This document shows positions 18,661-28,209 of a DNA stretch of 64,000 nt, in pieces (position 1 is the stretch's first letter; each line of letters opens with the position of its first letter). A program made the position numbers and the translations under genes. This DNA is from Actinomycetota bacterium (GTDB taxonomy: Bacteria > Actinomycetota > Actinomycetes > Mycobacteriales > SCTD01), in the NCBI GenBank assembly GCA_046723735.1, contig JBKOVB010000056.1:14776-78775 (forward strand), in the 5' to 3' direction. The notes under the pieces were generated by a model. The model was not told the DNA's origin. It did not search any database and worked only from the letters and a program-made list of their open reading frames with translations.

Positions 18661-18661
18661 G

Positions 18662-20005
18662 TCAGCCCCCCGCCACGACCGCGGCGAGGCGCTGCGCCAC
18701 CTGCTCGGCCCGTTCCTGCGTCGGGGCCTCGACCATGACGCGCACCAGCGGCTCGGTGCCCGAGGGCCGCAGCAGCACGCGTCCCTCGCCGCCGAACAGC
18801 TCCTCCTCGGAGGCCACGGCGGCCAGCACGTCGAGTGCCGTGGCGCGCTCACGCCCGGCGCGCACGTTGACGAGCACCTGAGGCAGCAGCGTCACGACGT
18901 CCGCGAGCTCGGCGACCGTCTTGCCGCTCTTCACGACGCGGTCCATGACCTGCAACGCGGTGAGCAGACCGTCCCCGGTCGTGGCGAAGTCGGCCAGCAC
19001 GACGTGCCCGCTCTGCTCGCCGCCGAGGCGGTAGTCGTGGGCGCGCATCTCCTCCAGCACGTAGCGGTCCCCGACGGCGGTCGTCGCGACCCGGATGCCG
19101 GCGGCGCTCATCGCCAGGTGCAGACCGAGGTTGCTCATGACGGTGGCGACGAGGACGTCGCTCGCGGGCAGGCCCGCCTCCTTGCGGGCCAGCGCCAGCA
19201 GGCCGAGCACCTGGTCGCCGTTCAGGACGCGACCGGTGGCGTCGACCACGATGCAGCGGTCAGCGTCGCCGTCGTGCGCGATCCCGAGGTCGGCGCCACG
19301 GGCCACGACCTCGGCAGCCAGGCTCGCCGGGTGGGTAGCGCCGCAGCCCTCGTTGATGAGGTCGCCGATGCCACCGCAGTGGATCGGGTGCACCGTGGCG
19401 CCGGCCTTCCGGTACACCTCTGGAGCGATCTCGCTGGCTGCACCCTCAGCAGCGTCCACCACCACGGTGAGGCCCTCGAGAGAGCCGACGGTGAGCAGCA
19501 ACGCGTCGGTGTAGTCCACGACCGGCTGGGGCCAGGCGTAGACCCGGCCGAGGTGACGTCCGGTGACCCGCTCCCAGGGCGTCGCCATCGCGGCCTCGAG
19601 CTCGTCCTCGACAGCGTCGGGCAGCTTCAGACCGCCGTCTGCGAACAGCTTGAGGCCGTTGTCGGGCATGGGGTTGTGCGATGCCGTGATCATCAGGCCG
19701 AGCAGGGCGTGCGGGTCGCGAGCCGTGCGGTGGGCCACGACCGGCGTGGGCACGACGCCGAGAACGGTGACATCGCAACCGGCGCTCGTGAAGCCGGCGA
19801 CCGCGGCGGCCTCCAGCATCTGCCCCGAGGGTCTGGTGTCACGACCGACGACCACCATCGGCCGCTCGAAGCCGTTTCCGGCGGCGCGTCGCTCGGCGAC
19901 GAGGCGCGCTCCCGCCGTACCGGCGAGGCGCATCGCGAGCTCGGGGGTGAGGACGTCGCCGTTGGCGAGCCCACGAACCCCGTCGGTGCCGAACAGCCGA
20001 GCCAC
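18662..20005 (-). CDS. glmM: phosphoglucosamine mutase
   Basis: ARLFGTDGVRG N-terminus and TASHNPMPDNG active-site loop. Start placed at the GTG at 20005, with GGAGG 4 nt upstream; the track start is the TTG at 20020. Confidence 0.95.
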   Translation of the reverse strand: MARLFGTDGVRGLANGDVLTPELAMRLAGTAGARLVAERRAAGNGFERPMVVVGRDTRPSGQMLEAAAVAGFTSAGCDVTVLGVVPTPVVAHRTARDPHALLGLMITASHNPMPDNGLKLFADGGLKLPDAVEDELEAAMATPWERVTGRHLGRVYAWPQPVVDYTDALLLTVGSLEGLTVVVDAAEGAASEIAPEVYRKAGATVHPIHCGGIGDLINEGCGATHPASLAAEVVARGADLGIAHDGDADRCIVVDATGRVLNGDQVLGLLALARKEAGLPASDVLVATVMSNLGLHLAMSAAGIRVATTAVGDRYVLEEMRAHDYRLGGEQSGHVVLADFATTGDGLLTALQVMDRVVKSGKTVAELADVVTLLPQVLVNVRAGRERATALDVLAAVASEEELFGGEGRVLLRPSGTEPLVRVMVEAPTQERAEQVAQRLAAVVAGG

Positions 20006-20025
20006 AGAACCTCCAGACAAAGCCG

Positions 20026-20056
20026 CGAGGCGGCCCCGCGCAGCGGGACCGCCTCG
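20026..20056 (-). terminator. hairpin between rpsI and glmM
   Basis: CGAGGCGGCCCCGC-gca-GCGGGACCGCCTCG, 14 bp with one mismatch. Confidence 0.45.
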
Positions 20057-20069
20057 ACGGTAGGACGAG

Positions 20070-20455
<386 letters not shown>

Positions 20456-20459
<4 letters not shown>

Positions 20460-20899
20460 TGCGCAACCTGCGTGATCTCGAAGGGCACCGGCGACTGGGC
20501 CTGGTGCGGGTGGGTGGGGCCGGCGTAGACCTTCAGCTTGGACAGCATCTGACGGCCGAGGGTGTTGTGCGGCAGCATCCCCTTGACGGCCTTCTCGATG
20601 ATCCGCTCGGGGCGGGTCGCGAGCACGTCGGCGTAGGAGACGCTCTTGAGGCCGCCGGGGTAGCCCGAGTGGCGGTGCACGCGCGACTGCTCGGCCTTGT
20701 TGCCCGTCATCGCGATCTTGCCGGCGTTGATGACGACGACGAAGTCACCGGTGTCGAGGTGCGGCGCGTACGTCGGCTTGTGCTTGCCGCGCAGGAGCGT
20801 CGCCGCGTGGGTCGCGAGGCGGCCCAGCACGACGTCCGTCGCGTCGATGACGTGCCACTGACGGGTCACGTCAGCCGGCTTGGGCTGGTACGTACGCAC
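20456..20899 (-). CDS. rplM: 50S ribosomal protein L13
   Basis: [20 protein letters not shown] and the rest of the sequence are conserved L13. Confidence 0.95.
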
Positions 20900-20977
20900 G
20901 AGTTCTCTTCTCTCGACTAAGTCTCTGCCGGGCAGGGTTCAGCGGACGCGCCACACTGTCACCCACAGCAGCCGACA

Positions 20978-21007
20978 AGACTACCTGAGCCGCTCGTCGC
21001 CCTGCAA
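20978..21007 (-). promoter_or_regulatory. candidate sigma-70-type promoter of rplM-rpsI (TTGCAG-N18-TAGTCT)
   Basis: Minus-strand hexamers were read by eye. The -10 box fits TANNNT. The leader would be about 70 nt. Confidence 0.35.
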
Positions 21008-21060
21008 AGAGCGGGTACGGCGGTCAGCCCCGCACCTCGCCCCCACCGTGATCGTGGGAA

Positions 21061-21088
21061 CGGTGCACCACTCCTGGGTGGTGCACCG
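21061..21088 (-). terminator. hairpin 10 nt downstream of the GNAT gene stop
   Basis: CGGTGCACCAC-tcctgg-GTGGTGCACCG, an 11-bp perfect stem. Confidence 0.5.
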
Positions 21089-21097
21089 AGCCCATGA

Positions 21098-21568
21098 TCA
21101 TGAAGGTCGGGGCAGCCGCATCCGGATCAGATCGCGGCCGTCGATGCCACCACCCGCCGTACGCCCGCCTGTCTCGACGAAGCCGAGCTTGGCGTAGGCC
21201 CGCCGAGCCCGGGCGTTGTCCTCGTGGACGTCGAGCTCGAGCCGGTCCGGCGCAGCCCAGGCTTCGAGCACCTCGAGCATCGCACCGAGGACGCCGTTCC
21301 CGCGGGCGGACGGTCGGACGAAGACGCCGAACACCACCGGCGTACCAGCCTCGTCCCGGAAGGCTCCGCAGATCCCGACCGGTTCGTCGCGGTCGTGGGC
21401 GAGCACGCGCACCCCCGGGCGGGTCCCGCCCGACCGCCACTGCTCGTCGGTGAACAGGACCTCCTCCTCGTAGCGGCGCCCAAAGCCGATGGGGGTGTCC
21501 TGCAGCCCCTCGAGCCGCAGGTCGCGCCACACGCGCCAGTGGTCGGGTCCCATGACCTCAACGCGCAC
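21098..21568 (-). CDS. GNAT family N-acetyltransferase
   Basis: 156-aa ORF with RGNGVLGAML, an acetyl-CoA-binding-like motif. Start is the GTG at 21568 (11-nt overlap with ABC-F) or the ATG at 21553. Confidence 0.75.
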   Translation of the reverse strand: MRVEVMGPDHWRVWRDLRLEGLQDTPIGFGRRYEEEVLFTDEQWRSGGTRPGVRVLAHDRDEPVGICGAFRDEAGTPVVFGVFVRPSARGNGVLGAMLEVLEAWAAPDRLELDVHEDNARARRAYAKLGFVETGGRTAGGGIDGRDLIRMRLPRPS

Positions 21569-23186
21569 GGACGACCCGCCCCTCGTCCCACACCGGCTCG
21601 GGCGCCTCGTACACCTGCCCGTCCTCCCCGAAGACCAGGAACCGGTCGAAGCCGCGCGCGAACCAGCGGTCGTGCGTCACCGCCAGCACTGTGCCCTCGA
21701 ACCCTGCCAGGCCGTCCTCGAGCGCCTCGGCGGACGCGAGGTCGAGGTTGTCGGTCGGCTCGTCGAGGAGCAGCAGCGTGGCGCCGCCGAGCTCGAGCAG
21801 CAGCACCTGCAGCCGGGCTTGCTGGCCGCCGGACAGCGACTCGAAGCGCTGGTCGGCCTGCCCGCTCAGCTCGTAGCGGCGCAGCACCCCGATCGCGGCG
21901 CCCCTGTCGAGGCCGCGCCGGTCACCGTCGCCGCGGTGCAGGATCTCCACAAGCGTCCGGCCGTGCAGCTCCGGCTGGTCGTGGGTCTGCGCGAACCAGC
22001 CGGCCACGACCCTCGCGCCCAACCGGAAGACCCCCGTGTGCCGCACCTCCTGGCCGGCCAGCAGCCGCAGGAAGTGCGACTTGCCCGACCCGTTCGAGCC
22101 CAGGACGGCCACCCGCTCGCCGTAGAACACCTCCAGGTCGAACGGCTGCATCAGCCCGGTGAGCTCGAGCTGCTCGCAGGTCACCGCCCGCACACCGGTA
22201 CGGCCGCCTCGCAGCCGCATCGTCACCTTCTGGTCCACCACCTGCTCCGGCGGCGGCCCCTCGGCCTCGAACCGCTCCAGCCGGGTCTGCATGGCGCGGT
22301 ACCGCGAGGCCATGTCCGGGCTGATCTTCGCCTGCTCGCGCAGGGTGAGCACGAGCTGTCGCAGCCGGGCGCGCTCCTCCTCCCAGCGCTTGTGCAGCTC
22401 CTCGAGCCGCTCGCGCCGGGCCTGGCGGGCGTCGTGGTAGGTCGCGAACCCACCGCCGTGCACCCACGTCCCGTGCGCCTCGACGGTGACGACCCGGGTC
22501 GCCACGTTGTTCAACAGCTCGCGGTCGTGGCTGACCAGCAACACGGTCTTGGGCGACTCCGCGAGCGCCGCCTCCAGCCAGCGCTTGCCCGGCACGTCGA
22601 GGTAGTTGTCGGGCTCGTCGAGCAGCAGCACCTGGTCGGGGCCACGCAGCAGCGCCTCGAGCGCGAGCCGCTTCTGCTCGCCGCCCGACAGCGTGCTCAC
22701 CTTGCGGTACAGGCACTTCTCGTACGCCGTGCCGAGCGCCGCCATGGTGCAGACGTCCCAGACCACCTCGGCCTCGTACCCGCCCGCGTCGCCCCAGTCG
22801 GCGAGCGCCTGGGCGTAGCGCAGCTGGGTCTTCTCCTCGTCGCGCTCCATCATCGCCAGCTCGGCCGCCTCCAGCGCCCGGCCGGCGTCGCGGACCACCG
22901 GGGCGCTCAGATCCAGCAGCAGGTCGCGCACCTCGGTGTCGTCCCGGATCGACCCGATGAACTGGCGCATCACGCCCAGGCCGCCGGCGCGCGCCACCGC
23001 GCCAGACGTCGGCGCCAGATCACCCGCGACGATCCTCAGCAATGTGGTCTTGCCGGTGCCGTTGGCGCCCACCAGCGCGGTCTTGCTGCCCTCGCCGACC
23101 CGGAAGCTCGCGTCGGCGAAGAGCACCCGCCCGTCGGGGAGCACGTACGAGAGGCTTTGCGCGTCGACGTACCCCATGGCGTCCAT
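21558..23186 (-). CDS. ABC-F family ATPase (two ABC domains, no TM domain)
   Basis: Two Walker A motifs (GANGTGKTT, GSNGSGKSH) and two signature motifs (LSGGEQ, LSGGQQ). Start trimmed to the ATG at 23186 (MDAMGYVD), because the 947-aa track ORF runs through truA and rplQ in other frames. Confidence 0.85.
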   Translation of the reverse strand: MDAMGYVDAQSLSYVLPDGRVLFADASFRVGEGSKTALVGANGTGKTTLLRIVAGDLAPTSGAVARAGGLGVMRQFIGSIRDDTEVRDLLLDLSAPVVRDAGRALEAAELAMMERDEEKTQLRYAQALADWGDAGGYEAEVVWDVCTMAALGTAYEKCLYRKVSTLSGGEQKRLALEALLRGPDQVLLLDEPDNYLDVPGKRWLEAALAESPKTVLLVSHDRELLNNVATRVVTVEAHGTWVHGGGFATYHDARQARRERLEELHKRWEEERARLRQLVLTLREQAKISPDMASRYRAMQTRLERFEAEGPPPEQVVDQKVTMRLRGGRTGVRAVTCEQLELTGLMQPFDLEVFYGERVAVLGSNGSGKSHFLRLLAGQEVRHTGVFRLGARVVAGWFAQTHDQPELHGRTLVEILHRGDGDRRGLDRGAAIGVLRRYELSGQADQRFESLSGGQQARLQVLLLELGGATLLLLDEPTDNLDLASAEALEDGLAGFEGTVLAVTHDRWFARGFDRFLVFGEDGQVYEAPEPVWDEGRVVRAR

Positions 23187-23218
23187 CGTCGCGCACCAGC
23201 GCCACCGCTTTGCGCCGT

Positions 23219-24016
23219 TCAGCAGCGCAGGTTGCGGGTCACCTGCTGACGGCTCAGGAGCTCCTGGTCCGGCGGGTACTCCACCGCGACCAGCGTCAGC
23301 CCGTACGCCGGGGCCACCGCCACCTCGGAGGCTCGGGCGCCCAGGGTCAGCAACGAGGCCGGCCAGTCGGCGGCCCGCCGCCCCTCGCCGACCGCGAGCA
23401 GCGCCCCGACGAGCGAGCGCACCATGGAGTGGCAGAACGCGTCCGCCTGGACAGTCGCGACGAGGACGCCCTCGGGGTCGCGCGCCCACTCCAGCCGCAG
23501 CAGGGTGCGGACGGTCGTCGCGCCCTCGCGGCGCCTGCAGAAGGCGGCGAAGTCGTGCAGTCCGAGCAGCTGCCGTGAGGCCTCCTGCAGGGCAGCCAGG
23601 TCGAGAGGACGCGGCCAGGCGAGGGTGTCCCGCCGTCGTACCGGGTCGACGTGCTCCGGCCCGTCGGCGACGCGGTAGCGGTACGTGCGAGAGACGCCGG
23701 AGAAGCGGGCATCGAAGCCCACGGGGGCCCGCGCGACGCGGTGCACGCGCACGTCCAGCGGCAGCAGGCCGTTGAGGCGGCGCAGCAGCAGCGGGTCGCC
23801 GGCGAGGTCGTCCGGGACGTCGACGTGCGCCACCTGGCCGGTGGCGTGGACCCCGGCGTCGGTGCGGCCCGCCACCGTGACGCGCGGCAGGTCGTCGCGG
23901 CGGGCGAGCGTAGCGAGTGCCTTCTCCAGCTCCCCCTGAACTGTCCGCTGGTCGTGCTGGAAGGCCCACCCTGCGAAGTCGGTGCCGTCGTAGCCGAGGT
24001 CGAGGCGCACCCGCAC
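23219..24016 (-). CDS. truA: tRNA pseudouridine(38-40) synthase
   Basis: MRVRLDLGYDGTDFAGW and the catalytic GRTDAGVHA motif. Confidence 0.9.
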   Translation of the reverse strand: MRVRLDLGYDGTDFAGWAFQHDQRTVQGELEKALATLARRDDLPRVTVAGRTDAGVHATGQVAHVDVPDDLAGDPLLLRRLNGLLPLDVRVHRVARAPVGFDARFSGVSRTYRYRVADGPEHVDPVRRRDTLAWPRPLDLAALQEASRQLLGLHDFAAFCRRREGATTVRTLLRLEWARDPEGVLVATVQADAFCHSMVRSLVGALLAVGEGRRAADWPASLLTLGARASEVAVAPAYGLTLVAVEYPPDQELLSRQQVTRNLRC

Positions 24017-24062
24017 GGTGCCGGGCGGCGGCCCGGCCGCGGCAGCGCGGTCCGCGGACGTG

Positions 24063-24099
24063 CCGAGGCCGGCCTCCCCGTCGGGAAGGCCGGCCTCGG
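24063..24099 (-). terminator. hairpin after rplQ
   Basis: CCGAGGCCGGCCT-(11 nt)-AGGCCGGCCTCGG, a 13-bp perfect stem starting 13 nt after the stop. Confidence 0.55.
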
Positions 24100-24111
24100 T
24101 GGCGTTCTTGG

Positions 24112-24762
24112 TTACTTCTCGCCCTCGGTCTCGGGCGTCTCCTCAGCGGCCTCGGCGAGCAGGTCGCCCTGCACCGGCTCCTCGCCGGCCTCGGGAGCCG
24201 CCTCCTCGGCCGCAGCCTCCTGGACGGCTTCGGGGGCCTCGGGCGTCTCGGCCTCCGCAGCCTCAGCCGCGACCGCAGCCGCGGTAGGCGACTCGGCGGC
24301 CAGCTCTTCCGCGGCCTCCTTGGTCGCGCCGGTCGGGGCCTTCCTCTCGGCGAACTGCGTGCCGCGAGCGCGCTCGGCCTCGCCGACCGCCTGCTGGGCA
24401 ACGGTCAGCGCCTCGACGAGCTCGATGATCGCCATGGGCGCGTTGTCGCCCTTGCGGTTGCCGATCTTCAGGATGCGCGTGTAGCCACCGGGACGGTTGG
24501 CGTAGCGGGGGCCGATCTCGTCGAAGAGCGTGTGCACGACGCCCTTGTCGCGGATGACCTTGAGCACCTGCCGGCGGGCGTGCAGGTCGCCCCGCTTGCC
24601 GAAGGTGATCAGCTTCTCGACGTACGGCCGCAGGCGCTTGGCCTTGGTCTCCGTGGTCGTGATCCGGCCGTGCTCGAGCAGGGCGGTCGCGAGGTTCGCC
24701 AGCATGAGGCGCTCGTGCGCCGGACCGCCGCCGAGACGGGGACCCTTGGTGGGCGTGGGCAT
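24112..24762 (-). CDS. rplQ: 50S ribosomal protein L17 with ~100-aa acidic Ala/Glu-rich C-terminal extension
   Basis: Conserved L17 core ([21 protein letters not shown]...GYTRILK) followed by [11 protein letters not shown]...ETEGEK. Confidence 0.95.
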   Translation of the reverse strand: MPTPTKGPRLGGGPAHERLMLANLATALLEHGRITTTETKAKRLRPYVEKLITFGKRGDLHARRQVLKVIRDKGVVHTLFDEIGPRYANRPGGYTRILKIGNRKGDNAPMAIIELVEALTVAQQAVGEAERARGTQFAERKAPTGATKEAAEELAAESPTAAAVAAEAAEAETPEAPEAVQEAAAEEAAPEAGEEPVQGDLLAEAAEETPETEGEK

Positions 24763-24831
24763 TGCTTCTCCGATCAGGAGCGGGAGCGTCGTGCTCCGTG
24801 GGGGCGCCGCGGCGGTCGCCGGGGCCCAGAG

Positions 24832-24862
24832 CCCGGTACGGCGGTCAGCCCGCCGTACCGGG
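24832..24862 (-). terminator. GTAC-core hairpin between rpoA and rplQ
   Basis: CCCGGTACGGCGG-tcagc-CCGCCGTACCGGG, a 13-bp perfect stem 12 nt after the rpoA stop. Confidence 0.5.
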
Positions 24863-24873
24863 GTGGTGCACGT

Positions 24874-25923
24874 CTAGAGCTGCTCGTCCTCGGCCCAGCC
24901 GCGGCCTTCGTCCTCGGGCGTGTCGGAGAACGTCACGAAGTCGTCCGCGCCGTAGCTCGCGACCACCGCGGACGGGTCGAACCCGGGCGGGCTGTCCTTG
25001 AGGCCGAGGCCCATCTGGGCCAGCTTGACCTTGACCTCGTCGATCGACTTGCTGCCGAAGTTGCGGATGTCCAGCAGGTCCGCCTCCGACCTCGAGACGA
25101 GCTCGCCGACGGTGTGGATGCCCTCGCGCTTGAGGCAGTTGTAGGAGCGGACGGTGAGGTCCATCTCCTCGATCGGCAGCGCCAGGTCGGCGGCCAGAGC
25201 GGCGTCCGTCGGCGACGGGCCGATGTCGATGCCCTCGGCCTCCTCGTTGAGCTCCTGCGCGAGGCCGAACAGGCCGACGAGCGTCTTGCCGGCGCTCGCG
25301 ACCGCGTCGCGCGGGCTCATCGAGTTCTTGGTCTCGACGTCCAGCACGAGCTTGTCGAAGTCGGTGCGCTGCTCGACACGGGTGGCCTCGACCTTGTAGG
25401 TCACCTTCAGGACCGGGCTGTAGATCGAGTCGACCGGGATGCGGCCGATCTCCTGGCCGACCTGCTTGTTCTGCACGGCCGAGACGTAGCCGCGGCCCCG
25501 CTCGACGGTGAGCTCGATCTCGAGCCGGCCCTTGCCGTTGAGCGTGGCGATGTGCAGGTCAGGGTTGTGCACCTCCACACCGGCCGGCGGTGCGATGTCG
25601 GCGGCCGTGACCTCACCCGGGCCCTGCTTGCGCAGGTACATGACCACGGGCTCGTCGCTCTCCGAGGAGACGACCAGCTCCTTGAGGTTGAGGATGAGGT
25701 CGGTGACGTCCTCCTTCACCCCCGGGACGGTGGTGAACTCGTGCAGGACGCCGTCGATGCGGATCGAGGTGACCGCAGCGCCGGGGATGGAGCTGAGCAG
25801 GGTCCGGCGCAGCGAGTTGCCGAGGGTGTAGCCGAAGCCGGGCTCGAGCGGCTCGAGGACGAACCGCGAGCGGCGCTCGTTGACGACCTCTTCGGTCAGG
25901 GTCGGGCGCTGTGCGATGAGCAC
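24874..25923 (-). CDS. rpoA: DNA-directed RNA polymerase subunit alpha
   Basis: [12 protein letters not shown]...[23 protein letters not shown]. Start at the GTG at 25923, preceded by GGAAGGA. Confidence 0.95.
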   Translation of the reverse strand: MLIAQRPTLTEEVVNERRSRFVLEPLEPGFGYTLGNSLRRTLLSSIPGAAVTSIRIDGVLHEFTTVPGVKEDVTDLILNLKELVVSSESDEPVVMYLRKQGPGEVTAADIAPPAGVEVHNPDLHIATLNGKGRLEIELTVERGRGYVSAVQNKQVGQEIGRIPVDSIYSPVLKVTYKVEATRVEQRTDFDKLVLDVETKNSMSPRDAVASAGKTLVGLFGLAQELNEEAEGIDIGPSPTDAALAADLALPIEEMDLTVRSYNCLKREGIHTVGELVSRSEADLLDIRNFGSKSIDEVKVKLAQMGLGLKDSPPGFDPSAVVASYGADDFVTFSDTPEDEGRGWAEDEQL

Positions 25924-26014
25924 GCTGTGTCCTTCCGGGACGTTCCGCGACGTCCGCCATATGACGTCACGTGGTGTGCGAGGGGTGGCGAGGCCCACGC
26001 AGTGGGGAACGTGC

Positions 26015-26058
26015 GGCTCCCGGGCCGGCGGCGGCGAACCCCCGCCGGCCCCCGAGCC
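26015..26058 (-). terminator. hairpin directly after the rpsD stop
   Basis: GGGCCGGCGG-(10 nt)-CCGCCGGCCC, with an outer GGCTC/GAGCC extension. Confidence 0.45.
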
Positions 26059-26685
26059 TTACTTCGAGTAGAGCTCGACGATCAGCTGCTCCTGCACCGG
26101 CGTGTCGATGACCTGCCGGGTCGGGAGGTTGTGCACGAGGACGCGCATCTGGGAGGAGATGACCTCCATCCACGGGGGCGTCCCCCGGTCGCCGGCGGTC
26201 TCGCGGGCGATGACGTACGGCGTGAGGTCGCGGCTCTTGGGCCGGATCTCGACGATGTCGTTCGCGCTCACCCGGTACGACGGGATGTCGACCTTCTTGC
26301 CGTTGACGAGGACGTGACCGTGCCGCACCGCCTGGCGGGCGTGGTCGCGCGACGTCGTGAAGCCTGCGCGGTAGATCACGTTGTCGAGCCGGCTCTCGAG
26401 GATGACGAGCAAGTTCTCACCGGTCTTGCCGGACTTCTTGTTCGCCTCCTCGTAGTAGCCGCGGAACTGCTTCTCGAGCACGCCGTAGATCCGCGCGCAC
26501 TTCTGCTTTTCGCGCTTTTGCAGCAGGTACTCGGAGTCCTTCGTCCGACCACGGCCGTGCTCACCCGGCGGGTAGGGACGGATCTCGATCGGGCACTTCG
26601 GGGACTCGCACTTGCTGCCCTTGAGGAACAGCTTCATCTTCTCGCGGCGGCAGCGCTTGCAGTCCGCACCGGTGTAACGGGCCAT
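26059..26685 (-). CDS. rpsD: 30S ribosomal protein S4
   Basis: MARYTGADCKRCRREKMKLFLKG and the rest of the sequence are conserved S4. Confidence 0.95.
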   Translation of the reverse strand: MARYTGADCKRCRREKMKLFLKGSKCESPKCPIEIRPYPPGEHGRGRTKDSEYLLQKREKQKCARIYGVLEKQFRGYYEEANKKSGKTGENLLVILESRLDNVIYRAGFTTSRDHARQAVRHGHVLVNGKKVDIPSYRVSANDIVEIRPKSRDLTPYVIARETAGDRGTPPWMEVISSQMRVLVHNLPTRQVIDTPVQEQLIVELYSK

Positions 26686-26703
26686 GTTCAGGAGCTCCTG
26701 GTG

Positions 26704-27114
26704 TCAGACTCGACGCCGCTTGGGCGGGCGGCAGCCGTTGTGGGGAACGGGGGTCACGTCGCTGATCGAACCGACCTCGAGACCGGCAGCCTGCAGCGAG
26801 CGGATCGCCGTCTCCCGACCCGAGCCCGGGCCCTTGACGAAGACGTCGACCTTCTTCATGCCGTGCTCCTGCGCCTTGCGAGCCGCGTTCTCGGCGGCCA
26901 TCTGGGCGGCGAACGGCGTGGACTTGCGGGACCCCTTGAAGCCGACGTGGCCGGCGGAGGCCCAGCTGATCACGTTCCCGGACGGGTCCGTGATCGACAC
27001 GATGGTGTTGTTGAACGTCGACTTGATGTGGGCGTGCCCGTGGGCGACGTTCTTCTTCTCCTTGCGGCGGACCTTCTTCACGCCGCCGGGGGCGGTACGA
27101 GACTTGGGAGGCAT
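26704..27114 (-). CDS. rpsK: 30S ribosomal protein S11
   Basis: Conserved S11 ([18 protein letters not shown]). Confidence 0.95.
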   Translation of the reverse strand: MPPKSRTAPGGVKKVRRKEKKNVAHGHAHIKSTFNNTIVSITDPSGNVISWASAGHVGFKGSRKSTPFAAQMAAENAARKAQEHGMKKVDVFVKGPGSGRETAIRSLQAAGLEVGSISDVTPVPHNGCRPPKRRRV

Positions 27115-27124
27115 CGGCGTACTC

Positions 27125-27502
27125 CTACTTCTTCGGCTTCTTCTTGCCGGCGACGGTCTTCTTGGGGCCCTTGCGAGTACGCGCGTTGGTGTGCGTGCGC
27201 TGGCCGTGGACAGGAAGACCGCGGCGGTGCCGAAGACCCTGGTAGCAGCCGATCTCGATCTTGCGGCGGATGTCGGCGGCCACCTCGCGGCGGAGGTCGC
27301 CCTCGACCTTGTAGTTGGCGTCGATCCAGTCCCGGAGCTTGACGAGGTCCTCTTCGGCGAGGTCCTTGACCCGGACGTCGGGCGAGACGCCGGTCTCCTT
27401 CAGGGTCTGCTGTGCGCGGGTACGGCCGATGCCGTAGATGTAGGTGAGCGCGATCTCCAGCCGCTTCTCGCGGGGGAGGTCGACGCCTGCAAGGCGTGCC
27501 AT
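27125..27502 (-). CDS. rpsM: 30S ribosomal protein S13
   Basis: [26 protein letters not shown]. Confidence 0.95.
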   Translation of the reverse strand: MARLAGVDLPREKRLEIALTYIYGIGRTRAQQTLKETGVSPDVRVKDLAEEDLVKLRDWIDANYKVEGDLRREVAADIRRKIEIGCYQGLRHRRGLPVHGQRTHTNARTRKGPKKTVAGKKKPKK

Positions 27503-27646
27503 CGGGCGGGTCGTGCCTTCCTTGTCGGCGGAGGTCCCTAGGCCCGTCCCGTCCCCTCCGCCCGGGAGGGGCCCCGGCCTCCGACCGGGGGTGGTCCGAC
27601 GCGGTGCGCCGGCTGGGAGGGCTCGTTCAGTTGTCGTTCTGGTGGA

Positions 27647-27763
27647 CTAGCCCTGACGCTGCTTGTGGCGGGCGGTCGAGGAGCAGATCACCATGACGCG
27701 GCCGTGGCGACGGATGACGCGGCACTTGTCGCAGATCGGCTTGACGCTCGGCTTGACCTTCAC
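27647..27763 (-). CDS. rpmJ: 50S ribosomal protein L36 (Zn-binding C+ form)
   Basis: 38 codons embedded in a longer track ORF: (V)[40 protein letters not shown] start at 27763. Confidence 0.9.
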   Translation of the reverse strand: MKVKPSVKPICDKCRVIRRHGRVMVICSSTARHKQRQG

Positions 27764-27774
27764 GGTTCTCGTTC

Positions 27775-27996
27775 CTACTTGTAGCGGTAGACGATCCGGC
27801 CGCGCGTGAGGTCGTACGGCGACAGCTCGACGACCACGCGGTCCTCCGGGAGGATGCGGATGTAGTGCTGCCGCATCTTGCCGCTGATGTGGGCCAGGAC
27901 CCGGTGCCCGTTCTGCAGCTCCACGCGGAACATCGCGTTGGGGAGCGGCTCGACGACCCGGCCCTCGATCTCGATGGCCCCGTCCTTCTTCGGCAT
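27775..27996 (-). CDS. infA: translation initiation factor IF-1
   Basis: [31 protein letters not shown]. Confidence 0.95.
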   Translation of the reverse strand: MPKKDGAIEIEGRVVEPLPNAMFRVELQNGHRVLAHISGKMRQHYIRILPEDRVVVELSPYDLTRGRIVYRYK

Positions 27997-28115
27997 GTCC
28001 TCCGCTAACCGTCGTTGAATGTGGGTGACACTGGTGGTGCTCCGATCGCCCCCGGGCCCCCCGACCCCGCCGGACGGCAGGCGTGCATGGGCGACCGGTC
28101 GCAGACCGACGCATC

Positions 28116-28146
28116 ATCGTACGTCACGCCCGCGCCGACCGTCCAA
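28116..28146 (-). promoter_or_regulatory. candidate promoter of infA-rpmJ-rpsM (TTGGAC-N19-TACGAT)
   Basis: Minus-strand hexamers were read by eye. The spacer is at the long end of the usual range. Confidence 0.3.
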
Positions 28147-28209
28147 CTCGGGCGCCGTGTGATGCCTGTCACCGCGCGCCCGGGCGTGTTGGCACGGCGG
28201 CGCTCCGCG

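Noticed and set aside
21558-24401. 947-aa ORF that would fuse a 400-aa Arg/Pro-rich N-terminus to the ABC-F ATPase.
   Set aside because: The extension runs through truA and rplQ in other frames and is low-complexity junk. The conserved ABC-F sequence begins at MDAMGYVD (ATG at 23186).
24763-24873. Calling known Rfam ribosomal-protein leaders (L17, L13, S10, L4-type autoregulatory sites) in the spacers.
   Set aside because: I cannot reproduce the covariance models from memory. Only hairpins are reported. A cmscan against Rfam would be needed to decide.
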